Positions 39,299 through 48,871 of a stretch of DNA of 64,000 bases are shown one piece after another. The notes below the pieces were generated by a model. That model saw only the letters and a program-made list of their open reading frames with translations. It was not told the DNA's origin and did no database searches. Each line of letters begins with the position of its first letter. The first letter of the stretch is position 1. The stretch is from assembly GCA_965222115.1 (NCBI GenBank), contig CBDCTJ010000003.1, forward strand, positions 192,001 through 256,000, written 5' to 3'. The translations under genes and the position numbers were made by a program. Origin of the DNA: Planctomycetota bacterium. GTDB taxonomy: Bacteria; Planctomycetota; PLA2; JAEUHO01.

Positions 39299-41300
39299 GT
39301 TCTTCCCGCAATTGTTTGATGCGTTTGCGGACATTCGTTGCGAATCGATCCAAAAGCGCCACGCGTTCATAGGCTTCAAGCGCGCCCTGCTTGTTGCCCG
39401 CGAGATCTTCGGCCCCCGCAAGGAGCCACCAACGAATCCAGTCCTCCATCACTTCATTGGCGTCGGCTCGCAGAATCGAAATGGCCGCGGCGCGGAGTTC
39501 CTTGTTCTTTTGGATTCGCTTCCAACCCTTGACCGACGCACGCGCAGCGGCGATACGCACGCTCAGCGACGTATCCTTCATTGCCGTTAGCAACAGCCCG
39601 TCCACAACGGGGCCGTCGAGTTCGGCCAGCGCCGATACGGCCCGACGACGCACCAACGAATCGGGATCACGTGTGCGCGCGATGATCGCCAAGGGAAGTT
39701 CTTTGGCATGACGACCCAGGAGTTCCATGGCCGATCCACGCACCACGCGGGGAAGCTCCTTGTCACGTAGCACATTCACAAGCTTTGTTGTGGCCCCCTC
39801 TTCTTCGAGCCGGGCCGAAGCTAGCGCCTCCATCCACGACGCGGGCTTACCACCACCCGGCCACCACTTATCATACGCAACCTTGAGTTGGTCGTGAGTC
39901 TGCTTGGGCGCATCGTCGGGCGCGTACAGTCCGGCCGTGTGGCACCACGTGCAAGCGTCCTGCGCCACGCGATCTCCCTTGAGGTCAAGGCGGGGGATAC
40001 TAATCGCGTGATCCGCCACCACACCGTGTCCGCGTTCAATGCGCAGGAACGGCATATGACACGACACGCAACTCGAACCCGACCCCTTTGGATCGTGGTG
40101 GGTGTGCGCTTCAAGGTTGTTGGCAATTTCCTGATGGCAGGATGCACAGAGATCGGCATTGGAAGCAGACTTGCGCAACTGGGAGCGGGATGAGCTGCCG
40201 TGGGGATCGTGACACGTGGCGCAGGTGAGGCCCCCTTCCTGGACGCAGCGACTGGAATGAAAGGGCACACCGTCGTAGACAAGCTCCAGTTGACGCCCGT
40301 AGGGATCCAAGCGTTCTGGATCCACGATAAGCGTGGGATCCAAGTGTTCGAAGATGTCGTTGCCGATCTCATACTTGGTATCGACGAGATCGCCTTCCAT
40401 ATGACACTGCATACAGATCGACGTGTGACGACGCGGCGCGAGGCCCGCCAACGCGAGAATTGGATCTTCGCCCTTGACAGGCTTCCCCGACTCTCGCCGA
40501 TTGTGGAACTCAACATGCGATGCCGATGGGCCGTGGCAACTTTCACAGTCAATGCCGATGCGACGCGCCGTGTGATGGGGCTTGACTTCGCCGGGCTTGG
40601 CCGGTGGCACGGCTTCAAAGCCGCTTGTGTGACAGCGTGCGCAGCGGTTGTCCCATGAACGTACGGAGCCACTCCAGAATGAGAGATCGCCCGGCTTCAC
40701 AACCGGCGCCTTGTCCCAATCCGTACCGCCTGCGCCAAATATCAACTTGGTGTAGTCAAACCACTTCTCGGTTTGGGCTTCCATCATGCCCGGCAAGACC
40801 TGCATGCGTCCATCGGGCATGGTGGTCATGTACATACGCACCCGCATACGTCCCACAACGTGGGTGAGTGGATACTCGTGTACCTCGCCGTCTTCGCCGA
40901 CGGTGCTCACAAAGAACTTGTCGCCCGCCTGACGAAATGTGCTTTTGCCCGGTGGGTGCGTGGCGGTCTCTTCCGCAAGCACGGCACCCGGTACATTGTC
41001 TTCGCGTATTGACTCGACCGTGTGGTAGTGACTCGACGTCTTCCACAGGTCGTACTCGCGTTGATGGCAGCGCTGGCACGCCTCGGCACCCGCGTAACCG
41101 TCGTCGCGTTTGGTCGTGGATGCCTCACCTTCGCCCGCTTCGGCGCGCTGCCCCACGTCGCCTGGCCCCGGATGCACGGCCGTTCCAACGAGTGCAAACA
41201 GCAGCCCACACACGCCCGCCATGGCGAGCAGTGGCATGCGGTGACGTGGCGCTGAACGTGTGTGTCTCAACTGCACGAAGTTTCCTAGAGTGCGGGGCAT
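39288..41300 (-). CDS. Octaheme cytochrome c with C-terminal HEAT and TPR-like repeats
   Basis: Eight CxxCH motifs (CQRCH, CARCH, CESCH, CMQCH, CATCH, CASCH, CVSCH, CTWCH); signal/TM segment; DPDSLVRRRAV. Confidence 0.9.
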   Translation of the reverse strand: MPRTLGNFVQLRHTRSAPRHRMPLLAMAGVCGLLFALVGTAVHPGPGDVGQRAEAGEGEASTTKRDDGYAGAEACQRCHQREYDLWKTSSHYHTVESIREDNVPGAVLAEETATHPPGKSTFRQAGDKFFVSTVGEDGEVHEYPLTHVVGRMRVRMYMTTMPDGRMQVLPGMMEAQTEKWFDYTKLIFGAGGTDWDKAPVVKPGDLSFWSGSVRSWDNRCARCHTSGFEAVPPAKPGEVKPHHTARRIGIDCESCHGPSASHVEFHNRRESGKPVKGEDPILALAGLAPRRHTSICMQCHMEGDLVDTKYEIGNDIFEHLDPTLIVDPERLDPYGRQLELVYDGVPFHSSRCVQEGGLTCATCHDPHGSSSRSQLRKSASNADLCASCHQEIANNLEAHTHHDPKGSGSSCVSCHMPFLRIERGHGVVADHAISIPRLDLKGDRVAQDACTWCHTAGLYAPDDAPKQTHDQLKVAYDKWWPGGGKPASWMEALASARLEEEGATTKLVNVLRDKELPRVVRGSAMELLGRHAKELPLAIIARTRDPDSLVRRRAVSALAELDGPVVDGLLLTAMKDTSLSVRIAAARASVKGWKRIQKNKELRAAAISILRADANEVMEDWIRWWLLAGAEDLAGNKQGALEAYERVALLDRFATNVRKRIKQLREELKK

Positions 41301-41381
41301 TCGGGAAGCTGCGCATCAGTATACGCCCGGTCTGCACGTGGCGCGCACACCGCGACCAACGTATCGAATTCGCGACTTAAC

Positions 41382-41405
41382 CCGGACTACTCATGAATAG
41401 TCCGG
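41382..41405. terminator. Hairpin just past the stop of the membrane-protein gene
   Basis: CCGGACTA-N8-TAGTCCGG perfect 8-bp inverted repeat; no clear U tract. Confidence 0.35.
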
Positions 41406-42806
41406 CTAATCCGACTTGTGTCCTAACAAGATGACATACGGGCCAATCTGATCGACGACTTCGTGACGCAAAATGGTGCCATCGCTAAGTACACGGGTCT
41501 CGCCGAGCGTGCCTGCGCGTGCAAGAACTACAATTGGATTGCCGGGCTTGTACGCGGCTGCGGGAAAACGCCTCAAGGTACGAATGTGTGCCGTCGGATC
41601 ACTGGGCCGCTTGTCGTGTGGGGACCAGAAGTATTGATCGCCAAACACGTCGGCCAGTGAACATTCGGCAGCGGCGAAATCGGGTTCAATGTCACAGAGG
41701 ATCCACCCCTTGGGCCCCGCTTGACTGGCCGCCAATCGCGCGGCCGTTCGAAGTTTGGCTAGCGAGGCGCCGGGATGGGGTTTGGCGCCCAACATCCACC
41801 CCATCTGATTGGTAAACACGAGCGCAGCGACGGTAAGCAACCCAACAAGAAGGGACACCGCGCGTATGGAAAGCGCGACGCGACCGTCAAACGGCACCAC
41901 GCCACGCATCCCCAGAAGAACAATGAGCGGTACGAGCAAACACCCCGTACCCAACAGATCCCACGACCACGCAAACGCTTCGGGTGCACCGCGAACCACG
42001 ATCAGTCCCAGATGAACCGCAGCCGCCACCATCCACGCGCGCAAGATCCAACCAACCCATGCGCCTTCCCGCAGCGCCGACACAATGCCGAGTGGTAAGC
42101 CAAGCACGAGCAGACCCAGCGCTGCCACTGCAATCCAAACCGTGGTTGGCGCGAAACTACTTGCGCCTCCGCTTGTGGTCACGAGGTTGAGCACGCTGCA
42201 AGGCCCGAAGAAGAAGAGCGCGAGCCCAAGGCCAATGGCCACGTTGCGCCACGCCGACACCGATTCGCGCGTCGCAAAGCCAAGGAGGGCCGTGGCCATA
42301 TAGAGCGCGCCGGCGGGATGCGCGATCCCGAGTGCGACGCCTCCGGCCGCGCCGAATCGACGGCGGCTTGCGAGGGGTGAGAGCAGAAGCAAGAACGTGA
42401 CGAGTAACAACAGCAACGCCAGCGCATTGCCGTCGGGCCGCGCCCCCCCCGCATGCACAATCATCATCGGATGAACCAAGAGGGCCAAACCGCTGTAGCG
42501 GGAAACTCGCGCACCAAAACCCATACGCAGTGCAAGGAGCATGAGCAGCGGTGCGAGGAGCGCACCGGCGAACCCTTCCATAACCCGCAAGGCGCGCGTG
42601 GCATCGGCGCCCGACGCCACGACGATCGCCACCAAGAAGGGCTGCAGCGGCGGACTGTCTTCAACCGCCCAAACACGGCTGTGACCGAGCCCGTCGGCCA
42701 CACTCGCAAGGACCGCCGCACGCCCCTCGAGGGGAAGCGTGAGCGTTGGCAGCCGGATCAACACACCGGCAAAGAAGAGAATAAGCAGGAAGTAGCGCTG
42801 CTTCAA
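41406..42806 (-). CDS. Multi-pass membrane protein, GT-C (ArnT/PMT-like) type
   Basis: About 11 hydrophobic segments; LIRL after TM1, SPPLQPFL; downstream of nucleotide-sugar genes. Confidence 0.55.
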   Translation of the reverse strand: MKQRYFLLILFFAGVLIRLPTLTLPLEGRAAVLASVADGLGHSRVWAVEDSPPLQPFLVAIVVASGADATRALRVMEGFAGALLAPLLMLLALRMGFGARVSRYSGLALLVHPMMIVHAGGARPDGNALALLLLLVTFLLLLSPLASRRRFGAAGGVALGIAHPAGALYMATALLGFATRESVSAWRNVAIGLGLALFFFGPCSVLNLVTTSGGASSFAPTTVWIAVAALGLLVLGLPLGIVSALREGAWVGWILRAWMVAAAVHLGLIVVRGAPEAFAWSWDLLGTGCLLVPLIVLLGMRGVVPFDGRVALSIRAVSLLVGLLTVAALVFTNQMGWMLGAKPHPGASLAKLRTAARLAASQAGPKGWILCDIEPDFAAAECSLADVFGDQYFWSPHDKRPSDPTAHIRTLRRFPAAAYKPGNPIVVLARAGTLGETRVLSDGTILRHEVVDQIGPYVILLGHKSD

Positions 42807-42812
42807 CGGTGG

Positions 42813-43781
42813 CTACAAACGCTTGGTGATGCGCAGTCCCTTGCCAAGATTCTTCTTGTACCAAATCAACGTCTTGGTGAGGCCCTCGGCGAAACTCACA
42901 CGCGGACGGAAACCGAGCACTTCCTGCGCTTTCAAGATTTCGCCCAACGCGTGTCGTACGTCGGCCTGGCGGCCATCAATGTAGTTGGTGTTTAGCTCTT
43001 CATCGAGCAGGTTGGCAAAAAGTGTCAACATGCCGCCAATGCTCACGCGACTACCGGAGGCAATGTTGAAGACTTCGCCTTCGGCCTTAGGCGCTGTACA
43101 CGCCAAGCGAAACGCCTCGACCACATCGTCGATATGAACAAAGTCGCGCGACTGCTTGCCATCACCAAAGACGGTCGTCTTCTCTTCGCGAAGTACATTG
43201 GCACAGAAGCGCCCGACGACGCCCGCGTGGGAACCTGTGACGGCCTGACGCGGCCCATAAACATTGAAAAGGCGCAGACAAACCGTTTCGAGTCGGTACG
43301 ACATATAAAATACGCGCGCGAGTTCTTCGCCCATGAGCGCACCCGCACCATAGGGCGTATTGGGTGAGGCCAGCATCGACTCTTCTTTGGGCAGCACCGG
43401 GCTCTCGCCATACACCGCGCTGGAGCTGGCATAGATGAAGCGCTTGACCTTCATGTCGCGCGCAGCAATGAGCGCGGCCAAGGTACCATTCACCGCCACG
43501 TCAATGGAGGCCTGAGGATCTTCCACCGAGTCCGGAATGCTTGGGTGTGAGGCGAGATGCAGAAGGTAGTCACATCCCTTGGCGGCCTTCTTAAGTAACG
43601 CCACATCGCGAATGTCGCCTTCGATCACTTTGCATTCGGATGGCTTCAAGTCTTGAAGGTTGCGGCGCGCGCCCGTGGAGAAGTCATCCACGACCACAAC
43701 TTTGTCGCCCGCGCGTACGAAGGCCTCGACGAGATTGGATCCGATGAATCCTGCGCCGCCGGTGATTAGAAGTTTGGCCAT
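42813..43781 (-). CDS. NAD-dependent epimerase/dehydratase (WbpP/GalE-like extended SDR)
   Basis: ITGGAGFIGSNL, ASSSAVYG, FNVYGPRQ, GDGKQSRDFVHIDD. Confidence 0.92.
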   Translation of the reverse strand: MAKLLITGGAGFIGSNLVEAFVRAGDKVVVVDDFSTGARRNLQDLKPSECKVIEGDIRDVALLKKAAKGCDYLLHLASHPSIPDSVEDPQASIDVAVNGTLAALIAARDMKVKRFIYASSSAVYGESPVLPKEESMLASPNTPYGAGALMGEELARVFYMSYRLETVCLRLFNVYGPRQAVTGSHAGVVGRFCANVLREEKTTVFGDGKQSRDFVHIDDVVEAFRLACTAPKAEGEVFNIASGSRVSIGGMLTLFANLLDEELNTNYIDGRQADVRHALGEILKAQEVLGFRPRVSFAEGLTKTLIWYKKNLGKGLRITKRL

Positions 43782-43991
43782 CGATGCTCCTCGAGGGCCC
43801 GACGCATTCGACGGGCCTGCCCTGGGGTGTGGGGAACCCGATCATCGGGGACCGGCAGGGCACTGCGCCGCGGTTGCGGCGGGAGAAGGTAGTCGATTTG
43901 CGCAATTTTCGTCAACGTATGGCGCTACGGATGAAGCCCGAACAAACGCCGGATTGTGCGTTGAGCCTATAGAGCCCTAACTCTCGGGCGC

Positions 43992-44930
43992 TCAGCCCTT
44001 TGCAGGCGCACCGCGAAACCACGATACGGTGGTCGAGAGCCCTTCCTCAAAGCTGACTTCGGGGCGCCAGCCCAATCCGCGCAGGCGCGTGAGATCCGGC
44101 TGGCGGCGACGCGGGTCGTCGGCCCATGCCTCCGTATGGACGATCGTCGATGTGCTCTCACAGGCCTTGAGCACACGGTGCGCGAAATCGAGAATGCTGA
44201 TCTCACCCTCGCCCCCCACGTTTACGGGACGTGTCTCGTCACTAGCAAGCACGGTCAAGATGCCGCGCACGGTGTCGCTGACGTAACCAAAGCTGCGCGT
44301 CTGCAAACCGTCGCCGTGAACGCGAAGCTCACGCCCGTCCAGGGCTCGGCAGATAAACTCGGGCAGTGCACGACCGTCGTTACGCCGCATGCGTGGGCCG
44401 TAGGTATTGAAGATGCGAACGATGCGCGTGTCGACATCGCGAAAGCGGTGGTAGGCCATAGTGGCGGCTTCGGCATAGCGCTTCGCCTCGTCATACACAC
44501 TGCGCGGACCGATGGAGTTGACATTGCCAAAGTAGTCCTCGGGCTGAGGCGTGACGGCCGGGTCGCCATAGACTTCGCTCGTGCTGGCCAACAAGAAGCG
44601 CGCACCCTTGTCCTTAGCCACATCGAGTGCATGTTCCGTTCCGCGTGACCCCACATGCATGATTTCAAAGGGCAGCATGGCGAAATCGGTGGGACTGGCA
44701 GGGCTGGCGAGATGCAGCACGAAATCCACATCGCCTTCGACCGTCCACGGCTGACTGACGTCACATTCGACGAGCGTGAAGCGTTCACTATCTTGATGAT
44801 GAACAAGATTCTCTCGCTGGCCGGTCAAGAAGTTATCCAACACCGTGACCTGATGGCCGTTCGCGAGCAGTGCATCCACAAGATGGGAGCCAATGGTCCC
44901 CGCGCCGCCAGTAACAACATGATGGGCCAT
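43992..44930 (-). CDS. UDP-glucuronate decarboxylase (UDP-xylose synthase) family
   Basis: GGAGG RBS; HLASPASP, ASTSEVYGDP, GPRSVYDEAKR, RIFNTYGPRM, DDPRRRQPD. Confidence 0.93.
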   Translation of the reverse strand: MAHHVVTGGAGTIGSHLVDALLANGHQVTVLDNFLTGQRENLVHHQDSERFTLVECDVSQPWTVEGDVDFVLHLASPASPTDFAMLPFEIMHVGSRGTEHALDVAKDKGARFLLASTSEVYGDPAVTPQPEDYFGNVNSIGPRSVYDEAKRYAEAATMAYHRFRDVDTRIVRIFNTYGPRMRRNDGRALPEFICRALDGRELRVHGDGLQTRSFGYVSDTVRGILTVLASDETRPVNVGGEGEISILDFAHRVLKACESTSTIVHTEAWADDPRRRQPDLTRLRGLGWRPEVSFEEGLSTTVSWFRGAPAKG

Positions 44931-45009
44931 CGACGGAACCTCCTGCTTGAATCGTGAAGCGCGTTGGCGCAGACTGATTCCAGTCGCATTGTTCCTCAAC
45001 CCAAAGCGA

Positions 45010-45825
45010 ATGGGATCACTTTTGCTCCTCCGAACCGCCATCGTGATCGCTTCCACGCTGCTCATGCCATCCTGCGCAACGGTTGATTCACGCCACCCGT
45101 GCAGTCCTGCCAATCCGGCATCGATTCATGGCCCATGGAACTCGCCCTGTGATGTTCAACGCGGACTCGACGCCATTGAGTGTGCCTACCGAACGGTGCG
45201 GGACCGCCGGGGCATGTTCGTAACCTTCTACGCAGAGGCAACGCATGCGATTCGACAAGACATGGCACGCGGTGCTTACCTCGACAACGCATTCGTATCC
45301 GAATTGCTGGTGAGATTTGCCAACTACTATCGACGACCGCTAGTGCTTGAACGAAGCGGCCGGCGTTCGTGTGCGCCCGCCGTGTGGCGCAATGCATATC
45401 GCGCCAGCCGCGATCCACTTGTGGGCGCGCCCCGTACGTTGATACTTGGAATTCTTGCCCATGTTCGAGATCTTGGCTTCGCGCTCGCTGACATCGAGGG
45501 ACCGCTCGGCCCCAGACGCAAGCAAGACTATGGCACCATCGGCAACGCCGTTGCCTCATGCATCGATCGCGCAACACAACGCGTCGCACAGGACTATGCG
45601 CCCGGGATCGCCACCCTCGACGCACTTCTCCTGCGCTTCGACGAACGTGCTCTAATTCACTGGCTTGAGGTCATCCGCGCTGACGCCTGGAACTTCGCAT
45701 GCGATTACAAGCGCGCTCACACTCGATCCCAACGCCGCTCCCTCACCGCTGCTTACGAACAACGATTCCTCGCCCGCAGCTACTTCATCTGGGGCCCCAC
45801 GGCTCTCTTCCCCTCGCAACGATAG
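45010..45825 (+). CDS. DUF5995-like lipoprotein
   Basis: Lipobox-like MPSC; DRRGMFVTFY, FANYY, LGILAHVRDL. Confidence 0.7.
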   Translation: MGSLLLLRTAIVIASTLLMPSCATVDSRHPCSPANPASIHGPWNSPCDVQRGLDAIECAYRTVRDRRGMFVTFYAEATHAIRQDMARGAYLDNAFVSELLVRFANYYRRPLVLERSGRRSCAPAVWRNAYRASRDPLVGAPRTLILGILAHVRDLGFALADIEGPLGPRRKQDYGTIGNAVASCIDRATQRVAQDYAPGIATLDALLLRFDERALIHWLEVIRADAWNFACDYKRAHTRSQRRSLTAAYEQRFLARSYFIWGPTALFPSQR

Positions 45826-45827
45826 CG

Positions 45828-45952
45828 TGCGCCAAAAATACCTGGTTTCTGTGGCGCATCCGCGACCGTCCCACGCATCGCCATGCGCCAGAAATACCTG
45901 GTACTCTTGGCTCACAAGCGGCGCGCCAAATTTACCTGGTATTTTTGGCGCG
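45828..45952. repeat. Three degenerate 31-bp palindromes (REP-like) between convergent genes
   Basis: 45828-45858, 45884-45914, 45922-45952; consensus GCGCCAAAAATACC-T-GGTATTTTTGGCGC. Confidence 0.8.
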
Positions 45953-47293
45953 CTAGTCGCTGAGGAGTTCGTCAAGGAAGCGGGTGGTGTAGTCGCCTTG
46001 CTCGAAGTAGGCGTTGCGCATAATGCGGCGGTGCAGTGAGAGATTGGTCTTGATGCCCTCGATGCGGAACTCGTCGAGGGCGCGGCTCATACGCTGGATG
46101 GCGTGCTCGCGCGTGTCGGCGTGTACGAGCACCTTGGCTATCATGCTGTCGTAGTTGGGCGGAATGCGATAGCCCGCCGTGACGTGCGTATCCATGCGCA
46201 CGCCGGGGCCGCCGGGCACATCGAAGCGCGTCACGGTGCCGGGGCTGGGCGCGAAACCGCGTTCGGGATCTTCGGCGTTGATTCGCACTTCAATGGCGTG
46301 TCCACGTGGTTTCACCGACTGCTGCTTGCGACCAAGCGTTTCACCTGCCGCCAACCGAATCTGTTCTTTGATGAGATCCACACCCGAGATGAGTTCTGTG
46401 ACCGGATGCTCCACCTGAATGCGCGCATTGACTTCGATGAAGTAGAACTTTTTGCCTTCCACCAAGAACTCAACGGTGCCGGCGCCGTGATAGCCCACCT
46501 GCTTGGCGAGTTTGACGGCGGAACGGCCCATCTTGGTGCGCAAGTCTGAGGGAATGCCCGGGCTTGGCCCTTCCTCAACGACCTTCTGATGCCGCCGTTG
46601 AATGGAACAGTCGCGTTCATAGAGGTGAATCGCGTCGCCCTTCTTGTCGCCGAGAATCTGTATCTCAATGTGGCGCGGATTCTCAAGATACTTTTCGATG
46701 TAGATCGACGGATCGCCAAACGCAATGTCGGCCTCGGCACGCGCGGTGGCCATGCTCTGGATCAACGACATATCGTTATGCGCTACGCGCATGCCACGAC
46801 CTCCGCCCCCACTCACCGCTTTGATGAGCACGGGATAGCCCACGCGCTTGGCGACTTCCAATGCCGTCTCGTCGTCTTCAACGGGACCGTCACTGCCCTC
46901 AACAATAGGAATACCCGCAGACTTTGCCGCGGCTTTCGCTTGAGCTTTGTCACCCAATCGACGAATCGTGTCTACGTCGGGGCCAATGAACTCAATATTG
47001 TTGGCGCGACACACCTCGGCAAAGTGCGCATTCTCCGCAAGAAAGCCATAGCCAGGATGAACGGCGTCCACATCGGCAATCTCGGCAGCCGAGATAATGC
47101 TGGGAATGGACAAGTAGCTCTTGGCACTGGGCGCCGGACCAATGCAAATCGCTTCGTCGGCCAAGTCGAGATAGGCGGCGCCCGCATCGGCCTTGCTGTA
47201 AACGGCCACACTTTCGATCTCGAGTTCATGGCACGCGCGAATAATACGCAGCGCAATCTCGCCCCGGTTGGCAATGAGCAGACGCTTGATCAT
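45953..47293 (-). CDS. accC: Acetyl-CoA carboxylase biotin carboxylase subunit
   Basis: LIANRGEIA, HPGYGFLAEN, GGGGRGM, ERDCSIQRRHQK, RIQVEHPVTE, YDSMIAK. Confidence 0.98.
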   Translation of the reverse strand: MIKRLLIANRGEIALRIIRACHELEIESVAVYSKADAGAAYLDLADEAICIGPAPSAKSYLSIPSIISAAEIADVDAVHPGYGFLAENAHFAEVCRANNIEFIGPDVDTIRRLGDKAQAKAAAKSAGIPIVEGSDGPVEDDETALEVAKRVGYPVLIKAVSGGGGRGMRVAHNDMSLIQSMATARAEADIAFGDPSIYIEKYLENPRHIEIQILGDKKGDAIHLYERDCSIQRRHQKVVEEGPSPGIPSDLRTKMGRSAVKLAKQVGYHGAGTVEFLVEGKKFYFIEVNARIQVEHPVTELISGVDLIKEQIRLAAGETLGRKQQSVKPRGHAIEVRINAEDPERGFAPSPGTVTRFDVPGGPGVRMDTHVTAGYRIPPNYDSMIAKVLVHADTREHAIQRMSRALDEFRIEGIKTNLSLHRRIMRNAYFEQGDYTTRFLDELLSD

Positions 47294-47299
47294 CGGGGG

Positions 47300-47779
47300 C
47301 TACGAACTCCGCACACGGAAGAGCGGTTGATCAAACTCCACCGGCTCGCCGTCCTCGACCAAGACTTCGACAATCTCGCCGGTCATCTCGGCCTTGAGTT
47401 CGTTATTCACCTTCATCGCTTCAACAATGCACACCACCGTGTCGGAATCGATTCGGTCCCCCACACTCACGTAGGGGTCCGAGTCTGGATTCGGCTTGCG
47501 ATAAAACGTCCCGACCATGGGCGAGAGGATTTCCTTCACACCTGAAGGCAGCGTCCCGGGCGTGGCATCGCTTGCGGCAGGCGACGCAGCAGCCGGTTGA
47601 GCCGTTTGAGGCGCAGCAGCAGGAGCCGCACCGGGTGCTGCCTGCCAGTTGACCGTCGCGGGGGCCATCGCACCCGCCTTGCGGAGGTGAACCCGCTCGC
47701 CATCTCGCTCAATTTCCAGCTCGACAAGCCCGTTGTCGTTCATCAACTGGACGAGCTTTTCGAGCTCGCGTTGGTCCAT
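47300..47779 (-). CDS. accB: Biotin carboxyl carrier protein
   Basis: Ala/Pro linker, SPMVGTFY, EAMKV biotin-lysine motif. Confidence 0.97.
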   Translation of the reverse strand: MDQRELEKLVQLMNDNGLVELEIERDGERVHLRKAGAMAPATVNWQAAPGAAPAAAPQTAQPAAASPAASDATPGTLPSGVKEILSPMVGTFYRKPNPDSDPYVSVGDRIDSDTVVCIVEAMKVNNELKAEMTGEIVEVLVEDGEPVEFDQPLFRVRSS

Positions 47780-47970
47780 GGCCGCCCCCCGGCTGACTGG
47801 TGGTGGAGAAGAACGCGAAGTGTAGTCGAATCCCACTCCCGGCTCGCGCTTGATCCGGGCGCCCACAGGCGAGTCGCGGATCTTCTCAAACCCGGTTCGG
47901 TTGGTGTTTGCTATCACCCGTAGGTGCTGGAATGCCTATTCCGTGCTACCGCCCGGCTACACTCAACCTC

Positions 47971-48276
47971 ATGCGACCTATTCCACGTCACGCGACGCAG
48001 TCCCCGGACACTTCTCCGTGGGCAGATGCAGTCATGATGCGCGCCTATCGTGCAATGTCGCCGATCGAGCGTATCCGCAGAATCGGCGAACTGGGGCGCA
48101 TGGTTGAAGCCGTCGCACTTGCTGGACTTCGTCAGGATTTTCCAATGGCCTCGAATCGCGAGCTGAAACTCCGGCTCGCGGCTCGCCGACATCCTGCGAG
48201 AGTCATGCGCGCCTTTGGATGGGACCCTGACACAGAGACATTCATTGAGCCCACGTCATTGACTGAGCGAGCATAA
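47971..48276 (+). CDS. Small helical protein, putative partner (antitoxin-like) of the downstream nucleotidyltransferase
   Basis: SPDTSP...RAMSPIERI...AGLRQDFP.AS.REL..RLA pattern; 16 nt before the NTase gene. Confidence 0.6.
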   Translation: MRPIPRHATQSPDTSPWADAVMMRAYRAMSPIERIRRIGELGRMVEAVALAGLRQDFPMASNRELKLRLAARRHPARVMRAFGWDPDTETFIEPTSLTERA

Positions 48277-48292
48277 CGTTAGGACCTGATTC

Positions 48293-48871
48293 GTGGTCAC
48301 CTCGCCAGAAGACGCGCTTCGTGCTCTAGCGAAAGCCCTGCTGGCGGCGAATGTTCCTTACGTCGTAGGTGGTTCGGTCGCCAGCAGCCGATACGGCGAG
48401 GTTCGCACAACCAACGATGTCGATGTGGTACTCGATATCGCACCGGCGAACTCAGCGTCGTTTCTTCGAGCTGTTGAGCAGGATTTTCTAGTTAACGAAG
48501 TCGCCGTTCGAGATGCCATTCGACGACAGTCCTCGTTTCAAGCATTCCATGGCGCAAGCATGGTCAAGTTTGACTTCTTTATCGCAGGAACGGACGCCAG
48601 ATCCATTCGGCAGATTCAGAACGCTCGTCCATTGAATTTAGAGAACATAGATGTATTCATATCGTCCCCCGAAGACATCGTTCTCAGCAAACTGGTCTGG
48701 TACGAAATGTCAAATGGCGTGTTGGAGCGACAGCTTCGTGATGTCGTCGGGGTACTAAAAGTTAGTGGCGCATCAATGAACATCGCTGAACTCCGCGAAT
48801 GGGCAGAGCGACTTGGCGTTGCCAAACTTCTACGAGTCGTACTAGAAGACGCAGGCATACCAGTCGATTAG
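48293..48871 (+). CDS. Pol-beta-superfamily nucleotidyltransferase (DUF6036/AbiEii-like)
   Basis: VVGGSVAS..YG..RTTNDVDVV, KFDFF, SPEDIVLSKL. Confidence 0.75.
   Translation: MVTSPEDALRALAKALLAANVPYVVGGSVASSRYGEVRTTNDVDVVLDIAPANSASFLRAVEQDFLVNEVAVRDAIRRQSSFQAFHGASMVKFDFFIAGTDARSIRQIQNARPLNLENIDVFISSPEDIVLSKLVWYEMSNGVLERQLRDVVGVLKVSGASMNIAELREWAERLGVAKLLRVVLEDAGIPVD

Noticed and set aside
45828-45952. Mini CRISPR array
   Set aside because: Repeats are degenerate, spacers are 25 and 7 nt, and no cas genes or leader are visible
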